This document shows, piece after piece, positions 28,745 through 32,000 of a DNA stretch of 32,000 nt. Origin of the DNA: Longivirga aurantiaca. GTDB lineage: Bacteria > Actinomycetota > Actinomycetes > S36-B12 > CAIYMF01. The stretch spans positions 1,779,876-1,811,875 of the forward strand of contig NZ_JBHSTI010000008.1 of assembly GCF_042660085.1 (NCBI RefSeq), in the 5' to 3' direction. The translations under genes and the position numbers were made by a program. Each line of letters starts with the position of its first letter. Positions within the stretch are counted from its first letter, which is position 1. The notes under the pieces were generated by a model that was given only the letters and a program-made list of their open reading frames with translations, was not told the origin of the DNA and did no database searches.

Positions 28745-30168
28745 GACGACGAGCCCTCGCGGGCGCGCAGGAGGTCGAGCACCTCGGTGCCGATCATCGC
28801 GATGTCGCCCGCGCCGAGGGTCATGACGACGTCGCCGGGGCGGGCGCGCTCGACGAGGTGCGACGCGACACGGCTCCACGAGGGCTCGAACACGACCTGC
28901 TCCGGCGGGAGCGGCACGTGCGAGGCCATCGAGACGCCCGACGCTCCCGGGATCGGCTCCTCCCCCGGCGCGAAGACCTCGAGGACGACGACCTGGTCGG
29001 CGAGCCCGAGCGACTCGCCGAACTCCTTCACGAACATGGCCGTGCGGTAGTAGTGGTGGGCCTGGAACGCGACGACGAGCTGGCTGTCGCCCACGACCTC
29101 GCGCATCGCCCGAAGCGTCGCGGCGATCTCGGTCGGGTGGTGCGCGTAGTCGTCGTAGACCTTCACGCCGGCAGCCGCGCCCTTGAAGTCGAAGCGCCGA
29201 CGCGTGCCGCTGAAGGACTCCAGCCCCTCGCGCAGAGCGGCCGAGGAGTGACCCAGGCCGAGCCCGGTCACGAACGCCGCCGTCGCGTTCAGCACGTTGT
29301 GCCGGCCCGGCACCGCGAGCTCGGTACGCCCGTGCCGCACCCCGCGCTCGAGGACGTCGAAGACCCAGCCGGTGGTGCCGACCTCGACCAGCTCGACGCG
29401 GAAGTCTGCGTCGGCCGCCTCGCCGTAGGTGCGGACGTCGACCCCAGCAGCCCGCGCCCGCTCGGCCAGGCGGCGCCCGCCCTCGTCGTCGATGCAGACC
29501 GTCACGAATCCGCCGCGGTCGCGGATCCCGGTGCAGAAGTCGAGGAAGCCCTGCTCGATGGCCTCGAACGTGCCCCAGTGGTCGAGGTGGTCGGGCTCGA
29601 CGTTCGTCACGATCCCGGCCCATGCGGGCAGCGCCAGGAAGGCGCCGTCGCTCTCGTCGGCCTCGGCCACGAAGTCTGCGCCGGTGCCATGGTGGGCGTT
29701 GCTGCCGCTCTCGTTGAGCTCGCTGCCGATCGCGAACGACGGGTCGGCGCCGCAGTGCTGCAGCGCGACCGTGAGCATCGAGGTCGTCGTGGTCTTGCCG
29801 TGCGTGCCCGCGACAGCGACGCCGCGATGGCCCGCCATCACCGCCGCCAGCGCCTCGGCCCTGCCCATCACGCGCAGCCCGCGCTCGCGGGCGGCGCTCA
29901 GCTCGGCGTTGCCCTCCTTGATCGCCGTCGACACGATCACGGTGTCGACGCCGTCGACCTGCTCGGCCGCGTGGCCGACGTACGCCTCGACGCCGATCGC
30001 GCGCAGGGCCGCGAGCCGGCGGGAGTCCTTCGCGTCGCTGCCGCTCACGGTGACGCCGCGGGCGACCAGGATGCGGGCGATGCCGGACATCCCCGCGCCG
30101 CCGATGCCGACGACGTGCACGCGCCCGAGGGCGGAGAGGTCGGCGGTGGCGTCGGTGCCCGGGGTCAC
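28741..30168 (-). CDS. murC: UDP-N-acetylmuramate--L-alanine ligase
   Basis: 475 aa, with GTG 30168 overlapping the murG TGA: [27 protein letters not shown] (P-loop), [16 protein letters not shown]. Confidence 0.95.
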   Translation of the reverse strand: MTPGTDATADLSALGRVHVVGIGGAGMSGIARILVARGVTVSGSDAKDSRRLAALRAIGVEAYVGHAAEQVDGVDTVIVSTAIKEGNAELSAARERGLRVMGRAEALAAVMAGHRGVAVAGTHGKTTTTSMLTVALQHCGADPSFAIGSELNESGSNAHHGTGADFVAEADESDGAFLALPAWAGIVTNVEPDHLDHWGTFEAIEQGFLDFCTGIRDRGGFVTVCIDDEGGRRLAERARAAGVDVRTYGEAADADFRVELVEVGTTGWVFDVLERGVRHGRTELAVPGRHNVLNATAAFVTGLGLGHSSAALREGLESFSGTRRRFDFKGAAAGVKVYDDYAHHPTEIAATLRAMREVVGDSQLVVAFQAHHYYRTAMFVKEFGESLGLADQVVVLEVFAPGEEPIPGASGVSMASHVPLPPEQVVFEPSWSRVASHLVERARPGDVVMTLGAGDIAMIGTEVLDLLRAREGSSS

Positions 30169-31271
30169 GAGGTTCCTCCAGCGGTCGTGGCGCCCGTGAC
30201 GGCCTCGAGCACCAGTGCCCTCAGTCTCTCGTCCGCATCGCGCTGACCGTGGGAGGCGGCCGCGTCCTCCATGGCGTGGCGCTGGTCGGCGTCGAGCAGG
30301 AGCGGCGCGACGAGGGCCACGAGCCGGTCGGCATCGAGATCGGCGTCGTCCACCAGCAGCCCTCCCCCGGCGTTGACGACGGGCAGCGCGTTGAGGCGCT
30401 GCTCGCCGTTGCCGATCGGCAGCGGGACGTAGATCGCGGGCAGCCCGACGGCGGCGAGCTCGGCGCAGGTCATGGCACCCGCGCGGCAGAGCGCGACGTC
30501 GGCAGCGGCGTACGCGAGGTCCATGCGGTCCACGTAGGGCAGCGGCACGTACGGCGCCGGGCCGGTGGGGCCCGACGGCCGCTGGTCGTCGTTCTTCAGG
30601 CCCGCCGCGTGCAGCACCTGGATGCCCTGCGCGGTGAGTCGCTCGACGGCGCCCACGGTGGCGGCGTTGAGGCTGCGGGCGCCCTGAGACCCGCCGAAGA
30701 CCAGCAGCGTGGGGCGGTCCTGGTCGAGACCGAAGGCCGCCCGTGCCTCGGCCTGCACCATCGCCCGGTCGAGCCGCGCGATCGCGGGGCGCAGCGGCAT
30801 GCCGATGTGGCGCGATCCGGGGATGGCGTCCGGCACCGCGCTGCCGACGTACGACGTGAAGCGCGCACCCACCTTGTTGGCCAGCCCCGGCCGCGCGTTG
30901 GCCTCGTGGATCACGATGGGGACGCGCCCGCGGGCTGCGAGGTACGCCGGCAGCGCGACGTAGCCGCCGAACCCGACCAGGACGTCCGCGCCGGTGTCGT
31001 CGAGCACGGCGCGCACCTCGCGCACCGAGCGGCGCACCGCGGTGGGCAGCCGCACCAGCTCGCCGGAGGGCCGTCGCGGCATCGGCGTCGGCGTGATGAG
31101 CCTGAGGTCGTAGCCGCGCTCGGGGACGAGGCGGGTCTCGAGTCCGCGCTCGGTGCCGAGGAGCGTGATGCCGACGGCGGGGTCGTGCCGCCGCAGGCAG
31201 TCGGCCGTGTTGAGCGCGGGCTCGACGTGGCCCGCCGTGCCGCCTCCGGCGAGGACGACGTGCACGGTCAC
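30165..31271 (-). CDS. murG: undecaprenyldiphospho-muramoylpentapeptide beta-N-acetylglucosaminyltransferase
   Basis: 368 aa from GTG 31271, overlapping the ftsW TGA as GTGA: [48 protein letters not shown]. The 605-aa track ORF is an artefactual extension. Confidence 0.95.
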   Translation of the reverse strand: MTVHVVLAGGGTAGHVEPALNTADCLRRHDPAVGITLLGTERGLETRLVPERGYDLRLITPTPMPRRPSGELVRLPTAVRRSVREVRAVLDDTGADVLVGFGGYVALPAYLAARGRVPIVIHEANARPGLANKVGARFTSYVGSAVPDAIPGSRHIGMPLRPAIARLDRAMVQAEARAAFGLDQDRPTLLVFGGSQGARSLNAATVGAVERLTAQGIQVLHAAGLKNDDQRPSGPTGPAPYVPLPYVDRMDLAYAAADVALCRAGAMTCAELAAVGLPAIYVPLPIGNGEQRLNALPVVNAGGGLLVDDADLDADRLVALVAPLLLDADQRHAMEDAAASHGQRDADERLRALVLEAVTGATTAGGTS

Positions 31272-32000
31272 TTCCCCTTGAGCGGGTGCGGCGCCGGACG
31301 TCCGGCCTCCGCGCGTGCGAAGGCCATGAGCATGCCGAGGGCCACGAGCGTGGGGATGAGCGAGGAACCGCCGTACGACACGAGCGGGAGCGGCACGCCC
31401 GTGATGGGGATGAGCCCGAGGACCGCGCCCATGTTGAGCAGCGCCTGGGTCAGGATCCAGGCGACCACGGCTGCCGAGGCGCTGCGCACGAACGGGTCCA
31501 CGGTGGTCCGCGCGAGGCGGAGCCCCGCGATGCCGATCGCGGTGAAGAGGCCGAGCACGATCAGCGACCCGAGGATGCCGAGCTCCTCGCCGACGACGGC
31601 GTAGATGAAGTCGGTGTGCGCCTCGGGCAGCCAGTCCCACTTCTCGCGGGAGGCTCCGAGGCCGACGCCGAACCAGCCGCCGCCGCTCATGGCGTTCTGG
31701 CCGCGCAGCAGCTGCCATCCGCTGTTCAGCGGGTCGGCGGACGGGTCGAGCCACGCGGAGAAGCGCTTGAGCCGGTAGGCCTGGGCGTAGCTCAGCACGG
31801 CCACGCCGGCGAGCAGCACGATCCCGCCGCCGAAGAAGAGCCGGAACGGTGCCCCGTTGACCCAGAGCATGGCGGCCACCATCGGCACGAGGATGAGCGC
31901 CGTGCCGAAGTCGCCCTCGAGCAGGACGAGGCCGATGATCGTGAGCGACACCGGCATCAGCGGCACGAGCAGGTGCTTCCACTGGTCGAGGAGCGGCTGC
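31268..32000 (-). CDS. ftsW: SEDS-family peptidoglycan glycosyltransferase FtsW (partial; N-terminus beyond the right edge)
   Basis: The frame is open to the window edge. [53 protein letters not shown] are SEDS (FtsW/RodA) motifs. Sits upstream of murG as in dcw clusters. Confidence 0.9.
   Translation of the reverse strand, partial: QPLLDQWKHLLVPLMPVSLTIIGLVLLEGDFGTALILVPMVAAMLWVNGAPFRLFFGGGIVLLAGVAVLSYAQAYRLKRFSAWLDPSADPLNSGWQLLRGQNAMSGGGWFGVGLGASREKWDWLPEAHTDFIYAVVGEELGILGSLIVLGLFTAIGIAGLRLARTTVDPFVRSASAAVVAWILTQALLNMGAVLGLIPITGVPLPLVSYGGSSLIPTLVALGMLMAFARAEAGRPAPHPLKGK

Overview
High-GC (roughly 70%+ by eye) actinobacterial core-chromosome segment, almost fully coding. All calls rest on hand translation, motif recognition and remembered family knowledge; no searches were run.

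Gene content, left to right:
- Partial dienelactone hydrolase.
- Minus-strand histidine operon: hisD-hisC-hisB-(small membrane ORF)-hisH-(small membrane ORF)-priA.
- Plus-strand trio: Lon-N-domain-only protein, Ala-rich Imm-5-like protein, YbaK deacylase.
- Minus-strand trio: AAE/YidE-type transporter, small DivIVA-motif protein, conserved hypothetical.
- dnaE.
- Four-enzyme islet: aldo/keto reductase, internally shortened M20D amidohydrolase, GNAT, deazaflavin-type nitroreductase.
- rluD-lspA-DdbA-like gene (histone-H1-like AKP repeats fused to a DksA/TraR zinc finger), then DUF167.
- An Ile T-box leader plus ileS.
- Distal division cluster: divIVA-yggT-sepF-ylmE-pgeF-ftsZ-ftsQ-murC-murG-ftsW (partial).

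From memory, this order parallels the Streptomyces coelicolor SCO2050-SCO2085 region.

No tRNA/rRNA, CRISPR array, transposase/integrase or phage gene was seen. I found no convincing evidence for a new multi-gene system; this reads as an ordinary housekeeping region.

The points most worth a second look:
1. A DivIVA-motif ORF whose coding signal extends 126 nt upstream of its only canonical start, up to the transporter stop codon, where a GGAGG sits in front of an ATC/CTG codon.
2. An in-frame deletion of roughly 190 residues in the M20D hydrolase, which is translationally coupled to the GNAT.
3. A 40% GC island with repeated TTCACCYCTA/GGTGA elements in the ftsQ-ftsZ spacer.
4. Two small membrane ORFs coupled into the his operon.
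5. The clearly readable translational Ile T-box.
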